This document shows, one piece after another, positions 20,841 to 29,345 of a stretch of 51,644 nucleotides of DNA (its first letter is position 1; every line of letters begins with the position of its first letter). Under the pieces are notes generated by a model. The model saw only the letters and a program-made list of their open reading frames with translations, was not told the origin of the DNA and made no database searches. Where the stretch lies: the IMG/VR virus record IMGVR_UViG_3300020374_001049, positions 1 to 51,644 of that record; one strand, 5' to 3'. The position numbers and the translations under genes are program-made. This DNA comes from a virus (lineage: Duplodnaviria > Caudoviricetes).

Positions 20841-21533
20841 ATGCAACAAGATCAAATAGAAAATAAAGAACAAAATTCAAACAAAAAACCTGATGACAAA
20901 TCAGGCGTAATGATGCAAGGACACATCAAAATCTGGGATCCAGAAACAGGTGAAGTTATTGTAGATAAAAGAAATGCGATACATTATGAAAACATGAGTA
21001 CTGCATTAGCAAATTCATTAGCAAACAAAACCACTGGCTTTGTGCATGAAATGGCCTTTGGAAACGGTGGTACCACAGTGGACACTACTGGAGTGATAAC
21101 TTACCTTACACCTAATTCAACAGGAACCAATGCAACACTATACAATCAAACTTACTACAAAGTAATTGATGACAATTCAACTACCAACAAAGACACAACC
21201 AGAAACAAAATGGAAGTGAGACACACAGCAGGAAACAAGTACACTGACATAGTCTGTACTTGCACATTAGATTATGGTGAACCTACAGGACAAGATGCTT
21301 TTGATAACACAACAAATTTTGATGGTGACTATGTGTTTGATGAACTAGGATTAAAATCTTGGGAAGGCACAGAAAATGGATCAACAAACAAACTTTTGAC
21401 ACATGTAATTTTCCATCCTGTGCAAAAAAGTTTGAACAGATTAATACAAATTGATTACACTTTAAGAATACAAAGTTTAACAAGTTTCAATGAAACTACT
21501 TCAACAGGAACAACAACAACTACAACTAGTTAA
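20841..21533 (+). CDS. Baseplate / fibre-attachment structural protein
   Basis: GHIKIWD...NAIH...EMAFGNGG...VFDELGL...LLTHVIFHPVQKS..IDYTL resembles tail-collar/fibre N-terminal domains. The start is moved from 20817 to 20841 because of the promoter motif and the overlap with the upstream gene. Confidence 0.6.
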   Translation: MQQDQIENKEQNSNKKPDDKSGVMMQGHIKIWDPETGEVIVDKRNAIHYENMSTALANSLANKTTGFVHEMAFGNGGTTVDTTGVITYLTPNSTGTNATLYNQTYYKVIDDNSTTNKDTTRNKMEVRHTAGNKYTDIVCTCTLDYGEPTGQDAFDNTTNFDGDYVFDELGLKSWEGTENGSTNKLLTHVIFHPVQKSLNRLIQIDYTLRIQSLTSFNETTSTGTTTTTTS

Positions 21534-21535
21534 AG

Positions 21536-22906
21536 ATGGCATACACAGTAAACAAAACAAATAGTTCAGCGTCAGTCAGTGCATACACAGTGCAAGATTC
21601 TGTATTAAACACACAGACTGATCTAAGTTTTATAGGAAAAGGCTATGCCGGTTATGGAGAAACTGTTGCAGAAAACTTTTTACATCTTTTAGAAAATTTT
21701 AGTAATACATCAGCACCGTCAAAACCTATTACAGGACAATTATGGTACGATGAAACTGCTAACAAATTAAAAGTTTATGATGGTTCATTCAAGCCGGTAA
21801 GTGGCGCGGAATATCAGTCAAGTGCACCTACATCACAACAACAAGGTGACCTTTGGATTGATAGTGATACACAACAATTATATTTTTATAATGGTACATC
21901 AAATGTTTTAGTTGGTCCTCCAGCAAGTGGTGGAACTACAAATGGATTTGTATATAACACAATTGCAGATTCAACAGATGTAAATCAAAACGTAACCTAT
22001 TGGTATAATGATGGCAATCTAATTGCAATAATTTCAGAAGATACTTTTACACCAAAATCAGCAATTTCTGGTTTTGCAACAATCACAAAAGGTATAACAC
22101 TTTCCACAGCCATATCAGATCTTAAATTTGCTGGCAATGCCACAGACGCAGACAAACTTGGCGGTGTTGCGGCGGCAAACTATCTAAGATCAAATGCCAA
22201 CGACACCACAAGCGGAACCTTGGCAGTTTTAAATGATGGTGGTATAGTAGTTGGTGCTGACCAAGATTTATCTATCACAGTTGATGGCAGTGGTGTAAAC
22301 TTCAACAGTTTAACCAGCAACGCTGACATGATTTTCAAAGTTAACGATGGAGGTTCAACAGTAACTTCTATGTACATTGATGGAAGTACAAACCAAATAG
22401 GAATTGGTACAACTTCACCGTCAACAAAATTACAGGTAGCAGGCACAGTAACAGCAACAACTTTTGCTGGCGCTCTTACAGGGAATGTCACAGGAAACGT
22501 TGTAGGTGATGTTACAGGTACAGTGACAGGTTCATCAAGTTTAAATTTACTTTTAACTGGCGGCACATTGACAGGCACATTAACTGCCAGAGCAATTGTG
22601 CCAAGTGCAAACAATACCTATGACATAGGTGCAAGTGGAAACAATTTTAACAATGCATATCTTAAAACAATTAATTCAACTACTTTAAATGCAACAACTA
22701 TAAATGTAGACAGTGCAATAACTATCACAGACAATTTAATCACTGCCTCAAGATCTAATGATAATTTACAATTAGATGCCACAGGCACAGGTGCAATTGA
22801 AATGATACCTGCAAAAATAATAATGGCTAATTTGCCAACTAGTGATCCTGGAGTTGCAGGACAATTGTTTAGAGATGGCACTGACTTAAAAGTAAGTGTA
22901 GGTTAA
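21536..22906 (+). CDS. Tail fibre protein (paralog 1)
   Basis: Shares the N-terminal baseplate-anchor module (IGKGYAGYGE..ENFLHLLENF..GQLWYD..GDLWIDS) with 23287 and 26331. It also has fibre repeats (IGIGTTSPSTKLQVAG, LTGNVTGNVVGDVTG). Confidence 0.8.
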   Translation: MAYTVNKTNSSASVSAYTVQDSVLNTQTDLSFIGKGYAGYGETVAENFLHLLENFSNTSAPSKPITGQLWYDETANKLKVYDGSFKPVSGAEYQSSAPTSQQQGDLWIDSDTQQLYFYNGTSNVLVGPPASGGTTNGFVYNTIADSTDVNQNVTYWYNDGNLIAIISEDTFTPKSAISGFATITKGITLSTAISDLKFAGNATDADKLGGVAAANYLRSNANDTTSGTLAVLNDGGIVVGADQDLSITVDGSGVNFNSLTSNADMIFKVNDGGSTVTSMYIDGSTNQIGIGTTSPSTKLQVAGTVTATTFAGALTGNVTGNVVGDVTGTVTGSSSLNLLLTGGTLTGTLTARAIVPSANNTYDIGASGNNFNNAYLKTINSTTLNATTINVDSAITITDNLITASRSNDNLQLDATGTGAIEMIPAKIIMANLPTSDPGVAGQLFRDGTDLKVSVG

Positions 22907-22916
22907 TAGCAGATAA

Positions 22917-23261
22917 ATGGTCATAGAAGGAATCCAAGCAGATCCCAAAACGTTAGTAGGCGCACCAGTGATGGTGGGCGGCAATGCTGATGTAACAATG
23001 TATGATAAAAATGCAGTTTGCAAATCTACCGGATATGTGCATGTGGTTGGTGTCTGGAGTCTAGAAGGATTAATGACTGCAGGAAAAACCAGTGTAATAT
23101 GCAAAGGTCCTATTCTCAAAGGACAATCTGTCTATGCACAATGGGGCGGATATTGTTCCGCTAATCAACAAGCAGATTTAAAAAGGAAGACCCTAGTAGG
23201 TACAGCATTACACGATTGTGGTCCAGGTGATACGATTGCTGAGTGCATACTTAAACTGTAG
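22917..23261 (+). CDS. Free-standing fibre chaperone-like domain, paralog of the C-terminal autoproteolytic chaperone domain of 26331..27947
   Basis: Aligns by eye along its full length with the last ~125 aa of the 26331 fibre (see findings). Confidence 0.55.
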   Translation: MVIEGIQADPKTLVGAPVMVGGNADVTMYDKNAVCKSTGYVHVVGVWSLEGLMTAGKTSVICKGPILKGQSVYAQWGGYCSANQQADLKRKTLVGTALHDCGPGDTIAECILKL

Positions 23262-23271
23262 ACTGTCCTGC

Positions 23272-23277
23272 TAAATA
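23272..23277 (+). promoter_or_regulatory. Late promoter-like TAAATA
   Basis: CTAAATA in the short intergenic gap, 9 nt before the ATG at 23287. Confidence 0.55.
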
Positions 23278-23286
23278 CAAGCAATT

Positions 23287-24720
23287 ATGCCATATACTAT
23301 TAACAAAACAGACGGAACCACAGTAACTACCATTTCAGACGGTACACTTGACAATTCAACGTCATTGACACTTTTTGGAAAATCATATTCAGGATTTGGT
23401 GAATTTTTAAATGAAAACCAAATCAAACTATTAGAAAATTCAGCATCAACATCGGCTCCAACTGCGCCTTTAAAAGGTGAGTTATGGTTTGACACTAGTA
23501 CAAATCAAATTAAAGTATATGATGGTACAAGTTTTAAACCTACAGGTGGTGCAAAATCACAATCTACAGCACCAACTTCTGCTTCAGCAGGGGACCTTTG
23601 GACAGATTCAGACGACGATCAACTTTATGTGTATACAGGTTCAGCATGGCAACTAGTAGGTCCAGTTTACACATCAGGACAAACACTTTCAGGTTGGTCA
23701 ATTGAAACAATTAATAACAATGTTGGAGTAAGCAAAGTTATTGCTTCAATGTTTGTAGGTAATACTAGAGTTGCAATACTTTCAAAAGAAGCAATTACAC
23801 CGCAAGTGGCCATAACAGGATTTGCCACTATTGCTTCAGGACTTACTTTAAATTCAACACTTGGTGCAAGTTTTTCAGGAAACTCAGCACAGGCCAGTGC
23901 AGTTGATGTCAGCGGTACTACAAACACTTCAGCAACAGTAATTGCTGGCGGTAATTTTTTAAGAGCAGACGCGGCAGATACTACAACAGGTGCATTAACT
24001 ATTGATGCAGATGGCGGACTATTACTTGGAGACGAACAGGAATTGACTGCCACAGTAACAACCGGTAATGTAACAATTGCACAGACAAGACAAGACAAAG
24101 ATTTAAGTTTTACTATCAATGACGGCGGAGTTACAAAAACTCCACTAGCATTTACAGGTGCCACAGGCGCAATAACTTTAACAGGTAACACCACTATCAC
24201 AGGAAACCTAAGTATTACAGGTGAATTTGAAAACACATCTTCAGGTATAATCACGGTAGACGATGCTTTTATAAAAGTAAACACAGGAAATTCAGAAGTT
24301 GATGCAGGTCTTATTGTTGAAACATCAGACACAGATGACGCAAGACTGTTTTATGATGTAACAGAGAATTTTTGGTCAGCAGGACACAATCAGTCTTATT
24401 CACAAGTTATAAGATTAGCAGATGCCGTAGTTGACGGTGATGCTAACAAAGAAAAAGTTTTAAAAACAACTGCGGCTGGAAATGTCAAAGTAACCTCAGC
24501 AACATTAGGTGCTGTGGGATCAAACATTTCTACATCAGACACATCAAATGCCAACGTACCAAGCGTTGGTCAAGTAGCAGAATCTATCGCACGTTGGGGA
24601 GGTGATTTTATATCAGATGACGGTAGCAACAGTATTGCAGGAGAGAGGTACGTTGAAACGGTCGCACCAACAAGTGGACAAGGTTCAAATGGAGACCTTT
24701 GGTTCGTAAGGGAGAATTAA
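23287..24720 (+). CDS. Tail fibre protein (paralog 2)
   Basis: Same N-terminal module (FGKSYSGFGEFLNENQIKLLEN..GELWFD). It ends in APTSGQGSNGDLWF, a common fibre-tip motif. Confidence 0.8.
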   Translation: MPYTINKTDGTTVTTISDGTLDNSTSLTLFGKSYSGFGEFLNENQIKLLENSASTSAPTAPLKGELWFDTSTNQIKVYDGTSFKPTGGAKSQSTAPTSASAGDLWTDSDDDQLYVYTGSAWQLVGPVYTSGQTLSGWSIETINNNVGVSKVIASMFVGNTRVAILSKEAITPQVAITGFATIASGLTLNSTLGASFSGNSAQASAVDVSGTTNTSATVIAGGNFLRADAADTTTGALTIDADGGLLLGDEQELTATVTTGNVTIAQTRQDKDLSFTINDGGVTKTPLAFTGATGAITLTGNTTITGNLSITGEFENTSSGIITVDDAFIKVNTGNSEVDAGLIVETSDTDDARLFYDVTENFWSAGHNQSYSQVIRLADAVVDGDANKEKVLKTTAAGNVKVTSATLGAVGSNISTSDTSNANVPSVGQVAESIARWGGDFISDDGSNSIAGERYVETVAPTSGQGSNGDLWFVREN

Positions 24721-24726
24721 TCCTTT

Positions 24727-26127
24727 ATGCCAACTATAACTAAAACTTTCACGTATACAGGTACAACACAGGTATTAGAATTACCGGCAGGAACTACTTC
24801 TATGAATGTCACCCTATGGGGTGGTGCAGGAGGTGGAGGTGGTGGTGACCAAGCCGGTGGTGGACGTACCGGTGCGGCAGGACACCATGTTGTAGCAACC
24901 AATGTTGCACTAACTTCATATGCAGGACAAACCATGAGAGTCGCAGTAGGCGGCGGTGGAGGTGGTGGTTCAGCAGGAGGTAACGCGGCTGGAGGTGCCA
25001 ACGGCAGAAGTTTAACAGGATATTCAGGAGGCACAGGTGGTACTTCAGGACCAAGAGGATCATCAGGTGCTGGCGGAGGTGGCGGCGGAGCCACAGTAAT
25101 AACAATAAATGGACTTGAAATTGCCATTGCAGGAGGCGGTGGTGGAGGAGCCGGTGACGGTAGAAATGGTACAGGAACATCAGGTATTAATAGTAACAGT
25201 GCAACAACTAATTCACCAACTACACTAGGAGAAAATGGTGCCAATCACACAGGAGATGGTGGTGGTGGCGGTGCCGGTGGTGGTGGAGACGTAGGTGGTA
25301 AAGGCGGATCAGGTGGATCAGGCGACGTTGGTGGTGCAGGAGGTCATTCAGGATCAAACTTGTTAGCCGGCGGCAGTGAAGACAATGGTTCAGGACAAAC
25401 ACCAGGTGGTACCGGACTTGCCGCATATCAGGCAGGTATTGCTGTTGGAGGAAACTCAGGATCAACAGGCGGTGCCGGAAAAGCAGTTATTGTGTTTACA
25501 ATATCACCAGAAGCATATGTAAAAGTTGGTAGTGCATGGAAAAAAGTTACAGAAATTTATTTTAAAGCGGCAGGTGTTTGGAAAAAAATTACAGGCGGAT
25601 ATTTCAAATACGATGGCTCATGGAAAGCAATTTTTAATTCAGGAATTGAATTTGAACAGACATCAGCAGGATTTGGAGATGCATCAGGTAATCCAAGTTC
25701 AGGTACTCCAGGCTCAGGCGGTGGAGGTGGTGGCGGACGTGTGATCTGTACATGGCTACAAAACAAAGGTATGTTCTCTTTACAAGATTTACAAATAGAT
25801 ACAGAATTTTCAGTAAATCATTTGGGTAGAACTACAAAAATTGGTTATTGGTTCTGGGCAATTCCATTAGTAGAATACATGCAAAATTCAGCAGAAACTA
25901 AATCTTGGTTTGGTGGATTGGTTACTGATGTTATAAAAGTACTGGCTCAAGCAAGAGCCAACGAACTTGCCTACAAAATGGGCAAAAGATCCAAGGGAGA
26001 TATTTTAGGAAAATTCACAAGATGGATTGGTGAGTCATTCTGTTTTGTGGTAGGTCTTATAGTAAGACCTTTTGTGGAGCATAGATTTGGTAAATGGCTT
26101 GAAATTTATGATCCAGAAATTAGATAA
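24727..26127 (+). CDS. Polyglycine-rich adhesin / receptor-binding protein with xKxxGxWK repeats and a C-terminal Gly-linker-ICT helical domain
   Basis: Many GGAGGGGGG tracts between beta-strands, three YxKxxxxWK-type repeats, then GGGGGGGRVICTWL...GYWFWAIPLVEYM. Confidence 0.6.
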   Translation: MPTITKTFTYTGTTQVLELPAGTTSMNVTLWGGAGGGGGGDQAGGGRTGAAGHHVVATNVALTSYAGQTMRVAVGGGGGGGSAGGNAAGGANGRSLTGYSGGTGGTSGPRGSSGAGGGGGGATVITINGLEIAIAGGGGGGAGDGRNGTGTSGINSNSATTNSPTTLGENGANHTGDGGGGGAGGGGDVGGKGGSGGSGDVGGAGGHSGSNLLAGGSEDNGSGQTPGGTGLAAYQAGIAVGGNSGSTGGAGKAVIVFTISPEAYVKVGSAWKKVTEIYFKAAGVWKKITGGYFKYDGSWKAIFNSGIEFEQTSAGFGDASGNPSSGTPGSGGGGGGGRVICTWLQNKGMFSLQDLQIDTEFSVNHLGRTTKIGYWFWAIPLVEYMQNSAETKSWFGGLVTDVIKVLAQARANELAYKMGKRSKGDILGKFTRWIGESFCFVVGLIVRPFVEHRFGKWLEIYDPEIR

Positions 26128-26130
26128 TTA
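26124..26130 (+). promoter_or_regulatory. Late promoter variant ATAATTA
   Basis: One mismatch to ATAAATA, directly before the SD of the 58-aa ORF. Confidence 0.35.
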
Positions 26131-26145
26131 CATAGAGGAGCAAAA

Positions 26146-26322
26146 ATGGCAACAAAACAAGAAGTTAGTGATTACATAAACAACAACTATCAGTCTGTTC
26201 TAACAGAAGAAGAAATTGCAAAAATTGACGCAATTTTAAATCCTGAGACAGCAACAATATTAATCAAGTTGTTAGGTGATGTATCATTTTTAACATTTAT
26301 AAGAGATAACGGTCCAAACTAG
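26146..26322 (+). CDS. Small hypothetical protein, 58 aa (not in the ORF track): MATKQEVSDYINNNYQSVLTEEEIAKIDAILNPETATILIKLLGDVSFLTFIRDNGPN
   Basis: Strong SD GAGGAG at 26135-26140, ATG at 26146, TAG at 26320-26322. It fills the gap between two genes almost exactly. Confidence 0.8.
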   Translation: MATKQEVSDYINNNYQSVLTEEEIAKIDAILNPETATILIKLLGDVSFLTFIRDNGPN

Positions 26323-26330
26323 GATAAAGA

Positions 26331-27947
26331 ATGGCATATACCATAAACAACACAGCAGGCACAGTCCTGAAAGTATTAGCAGATGGCACAATAGATACTG
26401 CCACTACTGATCTTACGCTGATTGGAAAAGGTTATGCTGGTTTTGGTGAAAGATTAAATGAAAACCTTGTAAAACTTTTAGAAAATTTTGCAAATACTAC
26501 TGCACCTGCAAACAAAATTAAAGGACAACTTTGGTACGATACCATAAACAATCAGATCAATGTTTACACAGGCAATAAATTTAAACCTGTAGGATCAACA
26601 TCTAATAGTGCAACAGCACCAACTAATGCAGTGTTAGGTGACATGTGGTATGACACTACAAACAATCAGTTGTACATTTATTCAGGCACAAGTTGGACCT
26701 TGATTGGACCAACAACTGTTGCAGGATCAGGTGTTACACAGGTTGTTTCAGAAACCATAGAAGACAACGTTGGTGTTAACAAGTCTATTTTAAAACTAGT
26801 AACTAATGATCAAATAGTTGCAATTATAAGTGCAGAAGAATTTACACCTGGCACATCTATATCAGGATACGCAACAATTAAAAAAGGTATTACATTATCA
26901 ACTGTAATATCAGGAAACAAATTTCAGGGTACTGCCACTGACGCAGATGCAGTTGGTGGAATTAGTGCAAGTAGTCTTTTAAGATCAGACGCTAATGACA
27001 CTACCACAGGTACATTAGGTATATTAAATGACAGTGGTTTAACCATTGGTGCAGGATCAGATGCTACTTTCACAGTTGCTTCGGACAATTTAACAATTGC
27101 CAATGTAACTCAAGACAAAGATATAATATTTTCAGTAAATGATGGTGGTGTAACCAAAACACCTTTAACTATTAATGGTTCAACAGGTAACGTTGACATT
27201 ACTGCTGGTGATTTAATTGTACAAGGTAACCTAGAAGTCAAAGGAACACAGACTATTCTTAACACACAGACTTTGACTGTGGAAGACAACATTATAGAAT
27301 TGAATAGAAATGTGTCAAGTGCTTCCGGTATGCCAAACTACACAGGGTTGAAAGTAAACAGAGGGTCAACAAGTAGTGCTACAGAGCAGGATCTTTATTG
27401 GGTATGGGATGAAACTTTTGCAGATGACGGCACAACAATTCACGGAAATGCAGGCGGTGCCTGGACAGCGTTCAAATCAGGCGGTGGTGATGAGATGTCA
27501 GCGCCAACTCTAGTAGATTTAAGAGCAAACATTGTACACGCAACTTCAACTTCGGCTCAGTATGCTGACTTGGCAGAAAGATATTCAGCAGATATGCCTA
27601 TGCAGGTAGGTGATGTTGTAGAATTAGGTGGTGAAAAAGAGATTACAATTTGTCAAAAAGCATTATCAGACAAAGTTTTTGGAGTGGTATCCGAGCATCC
27701 AGCGTTCTTAATGAACAAAGATGCTGGTAATGATGATTCGCATCCAATGATTGCCTTGAAAGGACGTGTGAGAGTTAAGGTTATTGGCAAAGGCAAAGCA
27801 GGAGATCGTTTGGTATCAGCAGGCAAAGGAGAAGCAATGGTGGCAGAATTAGAAGATTGCACCACATTTAACGTGGTCGGAAGACTATTGCAAGATAAAT
27901 ACTCCAGTATTTCAGAATTAACTGAATGTGTAATAGGAGTTAAGTAA
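26331..27947 (+). CDS. Tail fibre protein (paralog 3) with C-terminal Peptidase_G2/IMC-type autoproteolytic chaperone domain
   Basis: Shared N-terminal module and a TLTVEDNIIELN fibre segment. The C-terminus YADLAERY...GDVV...GVVSEHPAFLMN...IALKGRVRVKV..GDRLVS fits this chaperone family. Confidence 0.82.
   Translation: MAYTINNTAGTVLKVLADGTIDTATTDLTLIGKGYAGFGERLNENLVKLLENFANTTAPANKIKGQLWYDTINNQINVYTGNKFKPVGSTSNSATAPTNAVLGDMWYDTTNNQLYIYSGTSWTLIGPTTVAGSGVTQVVSETIEDNVGVNKSILKLVTNDQIVAIISAEEFTPGTSISGYATIKKGITLSTVISGNKFQGTATDADAVGGISASSLLRSDANDTTTGTLGILNDSGLTIGAGSDATFTVASDNLTIANVTQDKDIIFSVNDGGVTKTPLTINGSTGNVDITAGDLIVQGNLEVKGTQTILNTQTLTVEDNIIELNRNVSSASGMPNYTGLKVNRGSTSSATEQDLYWVWDETFADDGTTIHGNAGGAWTAFKSGGGDEMSAPTLVDLRANIVHATSTSAQYADLAERYSADMPMQVGDVVELGGEKEITICQKALSDKVFGVVSEHPAFLMNKDAGNDDSHPMIALKGRVRVKVIGKGKAGDRLVSAGKGEAMVAELEDCTTFNVVGRLLQDKYSSISELTECVIGVK
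27895..27901 (+). promoter_or_regulatory. Late promoter-like ATAAATA inside the upstream CDS
   Basis: GATAAATA, 48 nt before the ATG at 27950. Confidence 0.4.
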
Positions 27948-27949
27948 AC

Positions 27950-28960
27950 ATGGCATATGTAGCAGGTGATAAAATTTTAGATGATCATTACAACGAATTT
28001 GTAAATGGATCATCACCAGAAGGTATCAATGCAATATTTGGTACAGGAACAGGAAATTTAGGTCTAGGACAAACAGAACTGCCAACAGTAGCGGCAGGAC
28101 AAACAATTTTAGCGGCAAAATGGAATTCATTGTTTACAGCAATGGACTCCGTGGCAGGTCAATCCAACACATCAGTTACATCAACAGGCGCAAAAGCGGC
28201 AGGTGACACCATAGCAGTAAAATCTGCATTGATAGCCAACATGGCTTCGTTAACAACAGCAGTACAGGCTGGTTGTGCCAGTGCAACTTCAGGTGTGACA
28301 GCAGGAAGCGCCGATCAATCACTAGCAAGTTCAGCCACATATGACACAAGACATGTGACAGAAGCATCATTTACTTTTGCAGGTGGTGATGAAGCAAGAT
28401 GGTTCTTTAACGCAGGTGGTTCATGCAGAGTTGCAATAACAAATGCAGAGACAGCCGGCACTTCAAAAGATGATGTATTGAATAAACTTAACCAACAGAT
28501 GGGTAATTTTGATCTTAAAGCAACCACATCCACAGTAAGTGGTACAACAGACGGATCATCTTCAGCAGACAGTACAGGTGGTAACCTAGCACTAGGTTAT
28601 TATGACTTGACAACTTCTTATCAGAGAATTTTTACAATCACAGAGTCTACTAGTTCTTATCACTCAAGTTACAACGACAAAATCTTCATACACATCGAAG
28701 CAAAAACAAATGCGGCACATGGCGATGGCAGAGGTAACAACGGTACAGTGGTAACAATCAAAGTCACAACTGAAGTAGCACACGGTGAAACCACAAACTA
28801 CACAGACGGTAACCCAGATGGTGCACAAGTATTGGCAGAATCCGCAGGTCCAACCACACACGTTTACAGCACAGTAGATCCAAATACAACATACTTGAAT
28901 CCAGTTTACACAAGTATAACTGTTGCAAATGAATCTAACACAACCACAGGCGGCGATTAA
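27950..28960 (+). CDS. Virion structural protein
   Basis: Thr/Gly/Ala-rich and at the end of the tail module. Motifs MAYxAGDxI..xYN, GLGQ..WNSL and FAGGDEARWFFNAGG resemble a structural protein I recall from jumbo myoviruses. Confidence 0.6.
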   Translation: MAYVAGDKILDDHYNEFVNGSSPEGINAIFGTGTGNLGLGQTELPTVAAGQTILAAKWNSLFTAMDSVAGQSNTSVTSTGAKAAGDTIAVKSALIANMASLTTAVQAGCASATSGVTAGSADQSLASSATYDTRHVTEASFTFAGGDEARWFFNAGGSCRVAITNAETAGTSKDDVLNKLNQQMGNFDLKATTSTVSGTTDGSSSADSTGGNLALGYYDLTTSYQRIFTITESTSSYHSSYNDKIFIHIEAKTNAAHGDGRGNNGTVVTIKVTTEVAHGETTNYTDGNPDGAQVLAESAGPTTHVYSTVDPNTTYLNPVYTSITVANESNTTTGGD

Positions 28961-28989
28961 TAATCCTTAACCATAAACCTTTACATCAC

Positions 28990-29018
28990 TTGATTTTTCC
29001 AATAATTAAGTGTAAAAT
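28990..29018 (+). promoter_or_regulatory. Sigma70-type promoter TTGATT-N17-TAAAAT with internal ATAATTA; probably a leaderless transcript
   Basis: -35 at 28990-28995, 17-nt spacer, -10 at 29013-29018. The ATG at 29025 falls at the expected +1. Confidence 0.55.
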
Positions 29019-29024
29019 AGGAAT

Positions 29025-29342
29025 ATGGATATTGAAAGATTAAAGCGTCATTCTGACATTTCTCATCGTATTGCGACAGAGAAAAAAACTGCTTTGGAAA
29101 AATTGCGAAGCAGACAAACTCTGGTTTACCACAATCAAATTTTCAAAGCAGACAGTCAAACTATTGCAATGGTAAGCACCATGCTTGAGGCAAAACCAAA
29201 CCAAACAATGTATGTTTTGGATAGCAACGATAATCCTGCAGAAATAACTGACCCAAAGGATTTTCTTTCCAAACTAGTAGAAAGAAATCAAGAATCTATC
29301 AACGAATATCACACGCTGTATTCCAAATTTAAAAGGAGATAG
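29025..29342 (+). CDS. Hypothetical protein, weakly DUF4376/fibre-assembly-like
   Basis: 105-aa ORF with the pattern LVYHNQIFKADSQT...VLDSNDNP; first gene of the enzyme operon. Confidence 0.45.
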   Translation: MDIERLKRHSDISHRIATEKKTALEKLRSRQTLVYHNQIFKADSQTIAMVSTMLEAKPNQTMYVLDSNDNPAEITDPKDFLSKLVERNQESINEYHTLYSKFKRR

Positions 29343-29345
29343 TCA

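Noticed and set aside
22904-22919. Readthrough or frameshift fusing fibre 1 to the 114-aa chaperone ORF
   Set aside because: The TAA is followed directly by an in-frame TAG, the next ORF is in a different frame, and there is no obvious slippery site.
24810-25740. GGT/GGC/GGA-rich repeats as a DNA repeat array or CRISPR
   Set aside because: They are in-frame glycine codons with synonymous variation and no repeat-spacer structure.
21536-27947. Diversity-generating retroelement or invertible fibre cassette
   Set aside because: I saw no reverse transcriptase, recombinase or near-identical template/variable repeat pair; the paralogs are diverged at DNA level.
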